Shown here: positions 25,240 through 38,715 of the stretch, piece after piece
How positions within the stretch are numbered: the first letter of the stretch is position 1
Layout of the letters: each line of letters begins with the position of its first letter
Assembly (NCBI GenBank): GCA_051047955.1
Contig: JBPGPT010000013.1
Location: 310,001 to 374,000, forward strand
Origin: Cystobasidiomycetes sp. EMM_F5
Taxonomy: Eukaryota
Reading direction: 5' to 3'
Length of the DNA stretch: 64,000 nucleotides
Position numbers and translations under genes: made by a program
Notes under the pieces: generated by a model
The model's database searches: none
What the model saw: the letters and a program-made list of their open reading frames with translations, nothing else
What the model was told of the DNA's origin: nothing

Positions 25240-28200
25240 CTACGAGTAGGACGTGGCGGGTGAAAGTCGGCCAGTGCTGCAGCTCGCAGCCGAAGAAACG
25301 CTGTACTCTCGCCGTAATCCAGACACGCTTGATATCTTTTTGACGGCAGCTCGGGTGATTCTGCTAGGCGGTACGTTGACCGTAACGCCCTTTGACGATG
25401 GCGAAGCTTCCAGCGCAGCAATCTTGTGTCGTACATTTGTCATGCTGGAAGACGTAGTCAGATTTCGAATCGGGGAGGCATTGGAATATGCGGAAGGTCG
25501 CGGAGCTGGAGAGGAATATGCGGAAGGTCGCGAAGCTGGAGAAGAGCTCGTACACCTGCCTGGATTAGGCGACTTTCGAGCTGATGTAACTGGCGGTGGG
25601 CGACGTTGGGGTGTTGCAACTGCAGCCACGACAGAAGTAGAACCCGTTACCAATGGTGCTTTTCCCTTCTTGACGGGCGAAGCTGTTGTTGCGAGTCCAA
25701 ATTGTGGTCCTTGCGAAGCCGACATGCTCCTTTGAGAAATGTTGGCGACATCTGGATCTACGGTGGCTTTGACCACGACTGTATTGGCCTCTTTCGGGCT
25801 TTGTGCCAATGAAGAGGAACCTTGACTACGCTGACCGGTAAGGCCAACACGCGAGGTGGGTCTTAAAGGAGATGCCGTAGCGTAGTTTGAAGAGAGTGCT
25901 GTTCGCATCTGAGTAGGCGATAGCGATACGGTAGAGCCAAAAGCTATGCTCGGTCTCGCTTGGTCAGAGCCCTCGTCATCCATCTCGAAATGCTTTGTCT
26001 GAAGCACGAGGTCAACCTCATCTTCCGACTCATCCTCGTATTCTTCAAAGTAATCGCAAGCGTCTGCCGCAGATATGATTTGCGCACGTTGTGCTTGGAC
26101 CGGATACTCTTCGTATGGTAAGTCCACATACACATCATCATCGGGTATTTCGTCCAGATCGTCCAACTGAATCCCCGCCTCGTTTGCGTGCGCATCAGCA
26201 TGGGGATATCTGTATTCTGTGGCGCCGAAATCTTGTACGGTAGCGTCGGCTTCCTCCTCTTCCATATATTCATCCTCCTGAATACCACTGAGCGGTCTCG
26301 CTTGGCTACCCCGTCTTGCTGTGGCACTCGCGATCGCGGAGCCTATGCAGTCCAGCGACATTTGATGTCGTATCTGTCGCTGCACGGCCTCTATTCCTCT
26401 ATGGTGCTGCTCTTCTGGCGGTTCTCGTCCTTCCCGAATGCTTGCCAGCTCTGGCATCGTATACGTTTTTGACATTCCACTGCTAGCGTACGTCGAGACA
26501 GACGAGTCAGTCTGCCCAGAGGCGGTTGAGTCACAAGAATATTGTCGTCCCATGCGCGGCATGGCGACCATCCTATTCAGGTCAACGATATCCAGGGTGT
26601 CCATTGAAGCCTGACGAATCGGGTGCGGCGCTGGAGGGGCCATGTTTCTGATATGATCAGTACTCAAGCTTCGCTGCAGTCTACTAGCGCTTGCTGATTG
26701 TGCACTGAAATTAGGAGCGATGTGTCCGGGTGGTGGATCGATAGACAGGAAGTTGATGATCCGGATCGGTAGTTCAGCTTTTACTTCGCTTGCTAGAGAT
26801 CCACTGATCGCCACCTTGAGGCTGTATGTGACCTCTATGAAGCGACCTTTCTCGACTGAAAGCTCGTCGGCCTAACATTACAGCCTCAGCAAGTTTAGAC
26901 ATCGGAGAAAGAGACATTGCGACTTACCGGAATTTCCAAGGCATGTAAGAAGCAGACCTCTTCGCCTTTATCGACTCCAAGCCACATTCCCTTCGCGGTG
27001 ACGGTGCCCTTCGTGCCCTTCTTACCCATGTCCAAGCTGTTTTCAGCCACTTTCTTCCTGATAACCTGTGTAGCTGACGCAGTCTCGGTCTCATCCGCTC
27101 CTTTCTGCTTGAAGACTGTTTGCGTTCGATTGAGACTGAGATTTATGCTCTTGACTTTCTTGCTAGCCTCATTGCTGATTTTGATGTCGACGTAGCATCG
27201 CTGCCCGGCAACCCACACGAGGCGATGAAGACTGATGGTAAGCTTCACTTTAGCGGCGCCAGTCGTGGATTCCGCTACATGCGGGAGCGGATCAGGCGCC
27301 AGAATGATCGCAGGATTTAGGTATGGGTAAACTTCTAGATGACGGTAAAAGTGCGCTATGGAACGCTGCGAGCCGTCGCGGGACTTGAGCTTGACGGATC
27401 TGGAACAACGCCATCCCTCAGCAATAGTATCTGGTCAAACTTGTCTCCACACGTACCCGATGAAGATATACTTCACTACTCCTTGCTTGCTCTTCATACA
27501 TCCTTTGGCACCGTTGCCCACAGGGACCTGCATGTTGAAGGCGAAGGCATGCGTCCCGACTTTGGCTCTACGGAAGCCTTCAGCATCTGGAAGGGAATCA
27601 TAACATGCCAACGCGTCTGCGGTGCTTCTACCACAGTCAGATCCGTCGATCAGTGCCGCGTGGTGGTAAAAGACGTGTCGTGCTTCTTCATTTGCTAATT
27701 CTAGATATAATTCGGGGATTAGTCTAGGCAGTCGATCAACACCGTGTCGCCCTCACCTTCGAAACCAACGATTCTAGCTTTGACTGCGCCTAGCCAGAGT
27801 TCGCCTTCATTATCCTTCATCTTGCGGACGCGCACTTCCATACGTCCCCTGAGAAGGCCGCCCTCAACGACCGTACTGCTAGCGAGATGTAAGTCGAGTT
27901 CAGCTCGTGCTTTTCCTTTGACGGCTTGTTCGAGCGCTACGGCGCTGGGTTTGCGTCGCAGGCCTGTAATCTGTCCAATATGACCAGTCGGTCCAATTGC
28001 TCCCACGGGGTCAAAGGTAGTCTGGAAGACCGGCTGCGTTGGAATCTCGTTGCTAGCCCAAGGCTGCTGCGGAGTGTGCTGCGCATGGCGAGAAGCGACG
28101 ATAGTCTTCGGGTCTAACAGTCGACTCAATTGTCTTGCATGCTGAGCGGGGTTTGCCCCCTTGCTACTCAGTAGAGTCGGCTGACGGGCGAGAGCGGCCT

Positions 28201-29533
28201 GCGTAGGGTTTTGAATGCTCAAGGATGCTATTCTGGACGCTGCGACAGTCATTGCTCGATTCCGGATGGCCTGTCTCTGCTCATGCGAGTACTGACTTTC
28301 CGTATTTGCGCGACTCATGGCAGGTGACCTCAATTGTCCAGCATAACTCTGTTCGCTACCTTGTGCAGCTTCCAAAGTGCGCATAGACATAGCCGATTTT
28401 GCCTTAACGAGCTGATGAGACCTTGGAGGCGCCGCAACTGGCATCCTCTGCCCCGCACTCTTGTACGAATGGGAGTCGGAGTATGCTGACGTTGCAGCCG
28501 TTGAAGCCGAGTCATAGCTGGTGGCCGACATGACTGACCTTGGAGAAGAAGAAGTAGCAGCGCTGCTATCGCGCGACATTCCGGGAGCAGTCGGTATGCC
28601 GACGGTGTCAAAGTAGTGTGAGGTCGGCCTGACTCGCGTAATTGCGGCAGGTTCTGGAGGAGCAGTCACGCTCTGCATGGCAAAAAGATGGCTGAGCTCA
28701 AGCATGCTCTTTGGCCGAGACAATGCTCCAGCTCGCTTCAATCCAGGTGCTGTTTTGACGACAGGTGCGTTGTGAGGTGGGATGTATGGCTGTTCCGACA
28801 AGGTACGGGTTATGGCCGGAAGGGGAGCGTACTGACCGTTAGCGGTATGTGCTGCATTAGAAACGGTCACATCTGGCACAGCACTATACGCATCGTCGAC
28901 CGAGTACGAGCGGGGATGCATGAGCGGAGCTTCTGGATATTGCGCAGTGTAGGCGTCTGCTTTCGGCGGAAGGGCTAGACGAAGTTCTGCTTCGAACTCT
29001 TCGGCAGCGCGAGATGGAAGAGACTTGGCTTGTTCCATAGTCTGCATGACGTGATGCCGGGTGGAAGATGCTCCTGACTGGGCACTTGTCGAGCGTGCAG
29101 ACATGGCGGGGGCAGAGTACAAGCTCCCATGGTCGTCAATTGTAACGATAGGTGAGCCAGCATATCCATCATATATATTTGCGTCTTCGTCCTCGTCTTC
29201 ATACTGTGATCCGGATCCGGTGGAGGACTGAGCGACGAGGCGGGCGGAGACTGTCGGTGCGCTTTCGTGGTAGACGTTGGCCGCACTGACGATTCGAACG
29301 CGACGCTGTGACGAGTGAAGTGCCTGGTCTGTTTCGTGAAAGCCCTGACCGAGCTTTGCGTGTTGCACTTGATGCTGCGAGTTGAGTGCTGCTGCTGCCT
29401 CGTTGATGGAACCAAGCGAGGAAGACGAGGAAGGAAAGGCGTACTTTGACGGGGAGTTGTTATTGTTGGATGGTAATGCTGCCGGCTGCCCTCTGAGCGT
29501 CGGGTTCAAGTCGATTCCGAGTCCTGCCATCAT
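25240..29533 (-). CDS. Arrestin-fold (arrestin_N/C) domain protein with long disordered termini
   Basis: KARAELDLHLASSTVVEGGLLRGRMEV...IVGFE|ELANEEARHVFYH, LHRLVWVAGQRCYVDIKISN and EVKAELPIRIINFLSIDPPP. The start codon (29533, 29530 or further upstream) is uncertain. Confidence 0.78.
25483..25542. repeat. 30-bp coding tandem duplication (SSPASRPSAY/SSPAPRPSAY)
   Basis: Two near-identical 30-mers with one mismatch. Confidence 0.8.
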
Positions 29534-29956
29534 TCTTCTTGCCGGTAAACAAGAAGTCTGTGGCGGGGTCCCGCCTGTCGGGGGCACACGAGGCGTGACG
29601 GCCGTTGTGACCCAGCCGTTGGGATGTGTCTCTGGTGACCAGATTGGACGTCGAACAGCTCTGACTGGTGCTCTTGCTCTTCTGCTCTTGACCGACTCTG
29701 CAAGACCCAAGACTGGAAAGTGAAATGCCAGAGTGTGATCCAATTCCACGCCCTGCCCGCCGTCATGCATTCCGGGATAGAGTGGATTGATTCAACATCG
29801 ACGACGACGAGCGATGAAGGAGATGCGACTCGCATATGCTCATGCACGATAACTATGAGGTTGTCTATGCAGCCGCCCTACTTTTGTAATTGTCCAATTC
29901 GAAATCCTTGATGGCCTCTGTCGAGCAATCCAGCTTTCTGCAGACGACAAACCGGG

Positions 29957-32474
29957 ATGACCTCGCTCGCAGTGGAGATAGCAGGCAGGCTGTCGCATGG
30001 CATCGACCAGCTGGCCGCGACAGTCGTAGAGCCAGCCAGCGATGCAGGCCCGGTTGAGGATGATGACGAGAATGACCATATCGATGGACATGGTCAAGGC
30101 AGCACTTCAGCGACACTGGCAGTAACGGCGTCCACAGCGCGGCTCACTGCCATCCTGCACAGAGTACGGACATCCTCGTATGCGCAGCAGCAGCAGACCA
30201 GCGCGGTATCGCGGCTGTTTTCCACCCAGATCATCAGCCCGCTCGACCAGCTCAAGCAGCTTGCCCAAGAAACAGCAGAGACCGCAGCAAGGCTCGATAG
30301 TAGTCCTGCCATATCCTCCCAAGATCAGAGGAGATTGTACCACCTCCAGTGGCTCATTGGTGCTCAGCTCGCAGTCGGAGTGTACTGCAACACCCTTTCC
30401 ACCCTCTTTCAGCAGGCGCAGGACGTAAAGGCGGAAGAGTCATACTGGGAGTCTGTAGACGGAAGGGATCATACTACGCTCCTGTACCTCGTCCAGAGTC
30501 AGTTGCCTGCTTGTTGTCGCAGTTGACCTTGTTTATGGGTTATATATTGAACAAGCTGAACTTATCCCTTTTGACCTCAGCAACGCCTGTGCGAGTCATA
30601 AATGTATTTCACAAGCTCCTACGTCGCTTGGACGTCATCGCACCGCGGCGGTCTGTGTCCTCATCATCGTCACGTCCACCCCGCCGACCGTTTTCGTACA
30701 CAAGGGCACGCAAAGCACTGACACCTTCACTGCTCATAACATCCCTCTTTCCGCACCTCGCTTCGCAGCAATATGGTGCTGCACCCTCCATCTCAGCCCA
30801 GAGCAACGAGGGCGAGTCTGGCAACGAAGGATCTGGAAACGTCCACTCTCTGCTTTTCCTGACCTTTTCACCCTTATTGCTCACAAGGCAAGAGATTTCC
30901 TTGAAGCGGAAGCATCTAAAGAAGATTCGCTATAGCCTGGCGAGACAGATTGGGGCTTTAGTCAAGGACGCAGAAGCAGCCTGCGATGCCATTCCGGGCA
31001 AGATCAAGGACAGTAAAGGCAAGATTGACTTGTCGGCGCTCGGAGATATTCTGGGAGGGCGACTGGCATTTATGCGAAACACGTTGCCATTCTGTGTGTC
31101 GAGTACAACGGTAACAATCACTTCGCCAAGCACCATGCTAGATGCGGTCAAATCGACAATCTCGGATACGCAAAGTACTCCGGCCTCTTCAGTGGACCAA
31201 CAGATTACAAAGTTGTCAAAGCCGTCTTGGCTCACGCGAAATTGGCCTGTGTTGCTTACCGCGCCCATAATCAGCTATTATGCATACTCCAAGATATACA
31301 ATGCGCGCGAGAGCCTATACAATCTTGGTATTCTCGCGTGGGACACTATTCGTGGCTTTGTGGTGGACTGGGTCGTTGACCCGTGCTTCAAGATATTCGC
31401 CACGTTGCGACATAGCGATAGTTTAGCACTGATGGGCAAAGACAGCTTGAAGAGTGATTTTGATGTGAGTCTTGATGGCTTGATTGTTGTGCTACCGGCC
31501 GCCCCTGCGCGTACGGTCACGGTACGGTGCAAGCTCGCATCCTGAGGTGCCCTTGCCTGCAGGATCCTACTGTGGCAATACTGCGAGTCGGTTTCAGGCA
31601 AGCGCTGAAATACGCACTATTCTCACAGAGTCTCGAAAGAATGGTAGCGGACTTTGCGAGAGATCAGAAGCTCACTCCAGATGAGATCAATCGGATAGTC
31701 TCTCGCGTTCGCGAAGGCGATATGACACTGGTGCTTGAGACATACGAGAACGACCTCAAGGTGAGTTGGTGTGCAAGCCAATGCTGAAATAGCTAACGTT
31801 CGTGCCGCATTGACTGTAGAGCCCGTTGAAATCGGCTGTTGCGGGTAACCTGGTCCGGACCTTGTTAATTCAGATACAAAAGGTCAAGGTATGTACAGAG
31901 TGTACGGCGGATAGGGCAGAGGCTGAGCGAATCGGATGACATGCAATACAGGTCGATGTCGACTTGGCCATGAACGGAATCGAGCAGATGCTGAAAAGCC
32001 AACAACTCACGTTTGCATTTGTCGGAGTAGCGCCCTCGATGGTCCTGCTGTACGGTGTCATACGATACTTGCGAAGAATAGGATCTGGCAGCTCCAGTGG
32101 CGTGCAAGAAGAACGGAAGCGTGTTTGGTATACTATGAGGTGGGCCTGCTCTGCTGTCTGTACGAGCCTCACATCCCGCTTTCAGGCTGACTTGCACTCA
32201 TCACAGAGCCGTCGACCGCTTATTGACAGATTCAATGGATGCCCTGGCTTCGCCGGCCGAGGATACCTTGAATGACGAAGCCAACGGGTTGCTCCTTGTC
32301 GAGCTCACGACTCTGCGTCAGTTTGCGCAGTCCTCGTCATTCCCTACGCGAGATCGGACCGTCAAAGCTGCGTTGCTCGAGGATATTCGAGATTTAGAAA
32401 AGTACAGCACCGGTGTGCGAGCAAAGATTCGGGTTTTCGACCGTGTTGCGAGGTCGTACTCGCAGTATCTGTAG
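29957..32474 (+). CDS. NCA2: Nuclear control of ATP synthase protein Nca2
   Basis: PSWLTRNWP, SLKSDFD|SLERMVADF, YENDLK|SPLKSAVAGNLVRTLLIQIQKVK|VDVDLAMNGIEQMLKSQQLTFAFVGVAP. Confidence 0.9.
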
Positions 32475-32644
32475 GACATGAGCAAGTCTGCAGTACAATA
32501 TCGTGTTGCTCTCTTGTATTTGAATTGTCCGCTTTGCAAAGCACTCGTCTGCTTTCTATCGACGCGTCCACTTCCAACACGCCGCCAGCAAAAGCTACAA
32601 ACACGACGGGACGGCGCAGGGCCAGCAAGCGCGAGCTCGCTGCC

Positions 32645-34245
32645 ATGGAGTCGTCGACGCTGTACACTGCCGACGGGCTCAAGGCTCTCAAGCTCCAGCT
32701 GAGCAAGTTGGCTGGGCGTTCATGTGGAAACAAAACATTGGCTGATGTGGACACTTTACGCGTTATGGGGTTGGCAACGAAACAGCTTCCACGACTGCAG
32801 AGACGACGCACTCGTTCAGTCCGCAGTTTGTGTACCCCATCTTTGGCGAGCAGGAGGTCATCTACGGCTACAGAGACCTGGTCATCAAGCTGTACGCTGC
32901 AGCGGGGTCCCTCGTAAACTACCTCGGTATAGACTACCTCGGCGAACCCGTAGCAGGAGACAGAGCTCTCGATATCGAAAAGACGCTGTACGAGTTTATC
33001 CCTCCAGGTTCGTGGGCATTCACCTACCGGTACATCTGGCGTGCGTACCTAATCCGAACGGATATTGACGGCAGACTACACCAAGAATATCGAAGTCTTC
33101 AAGAAGACGGTCAAGAAGGACGAAGACTCCTTCAAGCCGATAGGCAACAAGATTGGCGAATATGCCAGACGCAAGAAAGCGCAAGACGAGACTGTACCAG
33201 ATGTCAAGGGGAAGGGCAAGGCGAAAGTCAATGGCAATGCATCCTACTTGGGCGCATCAAAGGAGGAGTGGGAGAACTGCGACATCACTGACGAAGGAGC
33301 TATCGTGTACGAAGCGTACCATGTATGTTCCCGATAGAAGTCATTCCGCCTCTGTATGTGCTGATGTCTATATACCGCAGACTCGCTTCGACACTCCAAA
33401 GTTCAGAGAATACCATCGCCGCATGCAAATTTTTGTCCTCCTCTTCATCGAGGGCGGCTCATACATTGACGAGGATGATGAGCGGTGGGAACTTGTCACT
33501 CTGTTTGAGAAACGCAAACACGCGACAAAGAAGGACAAGTACACGTACCACTTTGTGGGCTATACGTCTCTATACCGCTTCCTGCATTGGCCTGACAAGA
33601 TCAGATTACGCCTTTCGTCAGTATTGTCCTGCCTCAGTCTGCATACGTATCAGCTTATTCTTGTTTCTTCAGACAATTCATCATTCTCCCACCTTTTCAA
33701 GGCATGGGCCACGGATGTACGCGCCTTGCCAGCGTTCTCCCTCTCCGCGCTGACACAATACATTCGCAGCCACATTCTACACACTCGTCTACATGTCCAT
33801 TCTTCAACGATCCGAAATTGCCGAGCTGACCATCGAAGATCCCAGTGAGGCGTTTCAAGAGATGCGAGACAAGGTCGACTTTCGTACGTTAACGTCTGCT
33901 GGTGTGTTTGAGCGCAAAAAGGCTCCGATCAATGCGAAATGGCGAGAGGACGCACGAGCAGAGTGGAAATTGGGCAAGAGGCAATTTGGTCGTGTCCTCG
34001 AACTGGCACTACGTCGTGGTGTCAACAAAATCAAGGATACAGCTGCGTCCGGTGTAGCGAGTAAAGCCAAGGACGCCAGAGAAGCTGAAAGGCAGTATCG
34101 GCTTCTGGTAAAGGAAAGACTGCATCGCCAGAACTACGAACTCCTAGCTGATATGGAGCCGCACGAGCGAAAAGAGAGCTTAGCAAACACTTATGATAGC
34201 GTAGTAGATGAGTACGACAAGCTGTTAGGACAGCTGCACCCGTAG
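32645..34245 (+). CDS. HAT1: Histone acetyltransferase type B catalytic subunit Hat1
   Basis: FSPQFVYPIFGEQEVIYGY, YHRRMQIFVLLFIEGGSYID, RLRLSQFIILPPFQGMGHG and ELTIEDPSEAF. Intron 1 is GC-AG. Confidence 0.93.
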
Positions 34246-34362
34246 GCTTTGCATGTCTTACAGCGTCAATGCACGCGTCAAAGTGCGAAATAATCCAAGT
34301 TTTGTGTTTGCTGTTGATACAGATGGCATACTTTCTACACTTACACTGATTTCTAGCTTTGT

Positions 34363-35870
34363 CTATAACTCCTCGTGCGTTGCTGTCGGCACCCGATGAT
34401 CGAATGCGTCTTGCAATTCTGCGCGTAGAGGCGTTCAGTCATAGTCACATCTCACAACGTTTCACTCACTTTTATATGTACTTGCTTTGAGCGATGACGG
34501 CAACACGACTGTGTACTCGACATACAGATCACCATCTGTCAGAGCACAAGTGACGAGCGTGGGCTTTTGTCAGCACTTCCTTATGAGACGTATTGGGCGA
34601 AATGCACCCACAATCCGAGCTATGCAGGCGGGGTAAACCTTCGCCAGGAAGGATCTGCACGTGGCCAGGCTGGGTTGTGCTGCCTTTAGTTGAAGACAGC
34701 TTTACGGTATGGCCATCAAAGTGGTGGATGGTATGTTGAAAGCCAAGAAGGGCTTCTGCGACTGATATCGGTTCCTTCCAGTATAGATTTTCGTTTCTCC
34801 TCGTAAAACCTGCTTTCGGTTGCCTGCTCCTCACGCGTACAATGAGATCGCCTGCCACCCAATCTGGATTCTCGTCTGCCTCGCCCTCAAAGACGAGTTC
34901 TGTCCCCTCTGCCAGTCCGCGATCGATATCTACGGAAATGTCGCTCTTCATTGCGACTATTCTGTGACCGTGGCATTGCGTACAGAGATGCTTGATTGTA
35001 CGCCCCCTTCCACCGCATCGGTCACACTGCATCTGCACTTGCTGAAACATTCCGGGAGCGAGCATGTGCTTTACGATACGTACGCCGTGACCACCGCACG
35101 TATCGCATTGTTGAATGTCGCCCTCTGAACGCGCGCCGGACCCACTGCACGCTTCGCAGATGGTCTTGCGCTCGACTTGAATCTCGTACGTCTTGCCAGT
35201 GTACATGTCACTCAAGTCTACCTCCATGTCCATGACCATGTTTGGGCCCCGCCGTACTTGTTGTTGCTGCTGCTGCTGATGAAACATGTTTGTAAAGATG
35301 TCGAATGGGTTGTGGAATCCACCGCCCTGTCCTTGCTGCTCGCGTTGCCGCAGTCCGTCCTAGTCACACGGACACGCGTAGAGGGTCACATAAGCTTTGA
35401 ATGTGCTCAAAGACGGTATTGCCCTACATGACCAAACCTGTCGTAAACTTGACGCTTCTCCTTGTCGCTGAGGACTTCGTAGGCTGCGCGCACAGACCGG
35501 GACAGTCAGTAGATGGCATTTATCAATTATAAACCCGCCAAATCAACCCACCCTGACTTATTTCCACAAACCGCCTGCTCGCTTCGTCCTTGTCGCCTTC
35601 GTGCTTGTCTGGATGCCACTTTTTGCTCTGACGGCGGTATGCGCTGTACATCGAGTACCGCTCAGTACGGGCTGTGATATAAAATACTGCCATAATCCCT
35701 GCCCACGTCTTGATGTCGCGCTCGCTGGCCGCCTTGGACACTCCGAGGACTTTGTAGTAGTCGAGGTCTGCCGCTGCGACGAGGACGGCGAGCAGCAGGC
35801 AGCAGCAGCAGCAGCATATGGCCAGGAGCATCAGCGGGCATCGCAGTATGCTCCCCTTCCAGCGAGCCAT
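34363..35870 (-). CDS. SCJ1: ER-lumenal type I DnaJ co-chaperone Scj1
   Basis: Signal peptide, J-domain (DYYKVLGV, HPDK), four CxxCxGx(G/R) repeats and C-terminal HEEL ER-retrieval signal. Confidence 0.9.
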
Positions 35871-36468
35871 GGTGGTGTAAGACTATGGAGCGAGGGAATT
35901 ATTACGATTTATTACAACGACGTCTTTCTTGGACAGCCATGCAAATGGCTGCAGCTGGGCAGCAAGAGGATATTAAACACAAGACATAGCTAACATGGCC
36001 ATTCAAACATCCCAATCAAACCTGGAATTATCGACAATATTCAATGTCGCGTATGTACCTGAAGAGTGGAGTGGCGACAATATCCATCCCGACAACAGGT
36101 CATCAACAGGCTGCTCTAATGGGATTATACTAATGGACACACAGTGAATACTAATCTGTCCATGTATCGCTCGCCGTCCTTTTACTATTCCTGCCTATCC
36201 ACTCCTCGATCATTGTCCTTGAACGGGAATGGTTCCGCAGCACTCGTCTTGAAGATTGGGTCTTTTTGATGGATATTCAAGCTCCGACTATCGATACTCA
36301 CACTGACACTGACAATCTCGCGAGCACTGGACTATCCGCACACTGACAAGCACGCAGCACGTCGACCCGGCTATCGAGCATCACCGCCTCTTTAGGAGGC
36401 TGCCAAGCTTAAAACTGCAGCTGGATTGAAACAATACAAGACTCGCTCGCAGTCGGATTGTCGACAAC

Positions 36469-38366
36469 ATGACTGCGACGAGGAGGACCGCAAAGAGGAG
36501 GACGGCGTGTGCAGCCTGCCTCCTCGGACTGGCAGCAAGTGCTACTGCCCAGGCTCCCTCAGTGTCGGGTACGTCAAGGAACGTGACTTGAATTAATACG
36601 TTCCTAACTATGTTGGAACACACACGCAGACGTGTCAAAGGTGCTCGGCAACAGCAACACGCTCAACGGAGGCGTGCTCTCTCTACGCCCTTTCAACGTC
36701 CAATTCCTCGCAAACTCATCCCAGTGGGTTACAAGTGATACGATCATGGTGTACACTCCGACTAATGTCCTCCTTCCACTCTTTACACGTCAATCCAGCG
36801 CCGTCATTTCACTCACCATTGCAAAGCCTTTGGCCTCTATCGGATACGCTGCGATCGGGACTGGCAACAGTATGGCATCTGCCGATATGCTCGTCATGTG
36901 GCCGTACTCTGGGCAATGGTATGCATCACACCGGACGGTCGATGTCGGGCACAATCCACCTCAGGAAGCAAGTGTACCGTCGTCTAGCGATCTAGCCTAC
37001 TCTAGCGCACTGTCGAGCAACTCCTCTACCTCCACCACCGTGTCCTTTGTCCGAGCACTCAAACCTGCATACTCTACGACTGCGTCTGCAGGCAGCGCGT
37101 TCAACCTCAATGCCGTCAATGGCATGATTTATGCCTATTCAAGCACAAATCCTGGGACGAGTAATACAGCAGAAGCCGATTTATCGAGGCACGACAACAA
37201 TATGTACGGCGTGACGAGCATCGACCTCAGTCAGTCCGTTGCTGTTGCTGTCGCTTCCTCGTCGTCGTCGTCGTCGTCACCTACCGCGACTTCGACAGGC
37301 GGCGCCACGTCGAGCGCGCAGACTTCAGGAACGTCAACACAGAGTGCAGCCACACAACTCGCAACGCAGACCCCATCGTTTACGAGTGAAGGCGTTGATG
37401 GGGCGTACACAAACATCCTCGTAGCGCACGGTATCGTTGGAGCCATCACTTGGGCCATCGTTTCACCGGGAATGGTCATGCTAGCGACATACGGCAGGCA
37501 ATGGTCAAGCTGGATAAGGATGCATAAAGTGGGTTGAAGTGCGATACATTCGAGACGCACATGTCGAAAGCTAATGTTGGACACTGCAGTGGGTACAGCT
37601 TGTTGGAACGGTCGCATTAACGGCCGTTACGGTTGCACTGGCATCTGTCGCAGTCAACAAGAACGGAGGAGTACACTTGAAGGGAGGCCATCAAGTCACT
37701 GGAATAGTCTTGCTCATACTGCTCGTGTAGGTGCTCTTACCGATGAATGCCCTTACTAGGCTGAGCAGATATCGCGTGATTTCCCATTCGCGCAGTGTAC
37801 AAATTGCATACGGCCTACTGATACACCATCTCTACAACCCGCAACGCACAAAAAAGCCGATACGTAATGTCGGGCATATTATGTAAGCATTACACACGCC
37901 TCAGAATGTGCATACCCTAAACACACCTGAGCCGTATTTACAGTCTCGGAGTCGCTCTCACGGTACTAGGCTTTGCACAAGTCGGGACGGGCTTGAATGA
38001 GTACAAGGAGAGCACAGGCTATAGTATCCACCCTGCGCTGTGGGCCATTTGTGCGTTGCTGTTTCTGCAGTCCCCGATACCGCGCTGATGAAGTGTCTTC
38101 CTACAGATGGCTTGATTTTCGGCGGAGTCGTTGCGTCGTGGTTGATGGCGGCTGCAAGATCTTTATTGAGGCGGAAGAGACAGAATGTGTCGTTGTAGGT
38201 CTTCATGCATTTCGGGCACTGAAACGACAGGCGTACTGACGGCGCTGTGATTGTTAGACTTAGCGAAAAGAATACAGCGACATCCTCCCCGCTCAGTACG
38301 CATTCTCCGCCAGGAGATGTAGAAAAGGAAGAACCGATCCGCGTCAGTTTTGGCGACAAGAACTAG
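36469..38366 (+). CDS. Membrane DOMON (CDH-cytochrome-like) plus cytochrome b561 domain protein
   Basis: Signal peptide. GYAAIGTGNSMASADM (Met ligand) and SRHD (His ligand). Ser/Thr linker. b561 His residues in VAHG, RMHK, GGHQ and VGHI. Confidence 0.82.
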
Positions 38367-38715
38367 TTAGGATTGAGGACTGTCCGAGGGATCTTAAAGA
38401 ATGGACTATTGTACAAGCTGCGAGCGTCGAAAATATCGTACATAGAAGGGGTGTCTATGGCCTAATTCCGTGTAACAAGTAAGTAAGGCTCTCAATGTAT
38501 ATCATATGCGGACGCTTTGCGTAGTCTGTCAATAGCACACGTACGTTGTTGTTATCAGTACAGACAATCTCATAGCTTGTATTGCATGTCTTATTCGCCA
38601 AGTTGCCAAAGGCGTGATCATTTGCCGTGCTTTGCCGAAGCCGAAACATCTGACATGGCTTTTTATCAAGCAACGTACTGCCAGATAAACGAGTATAAAT
38701 CTGATAACAGCAGCC

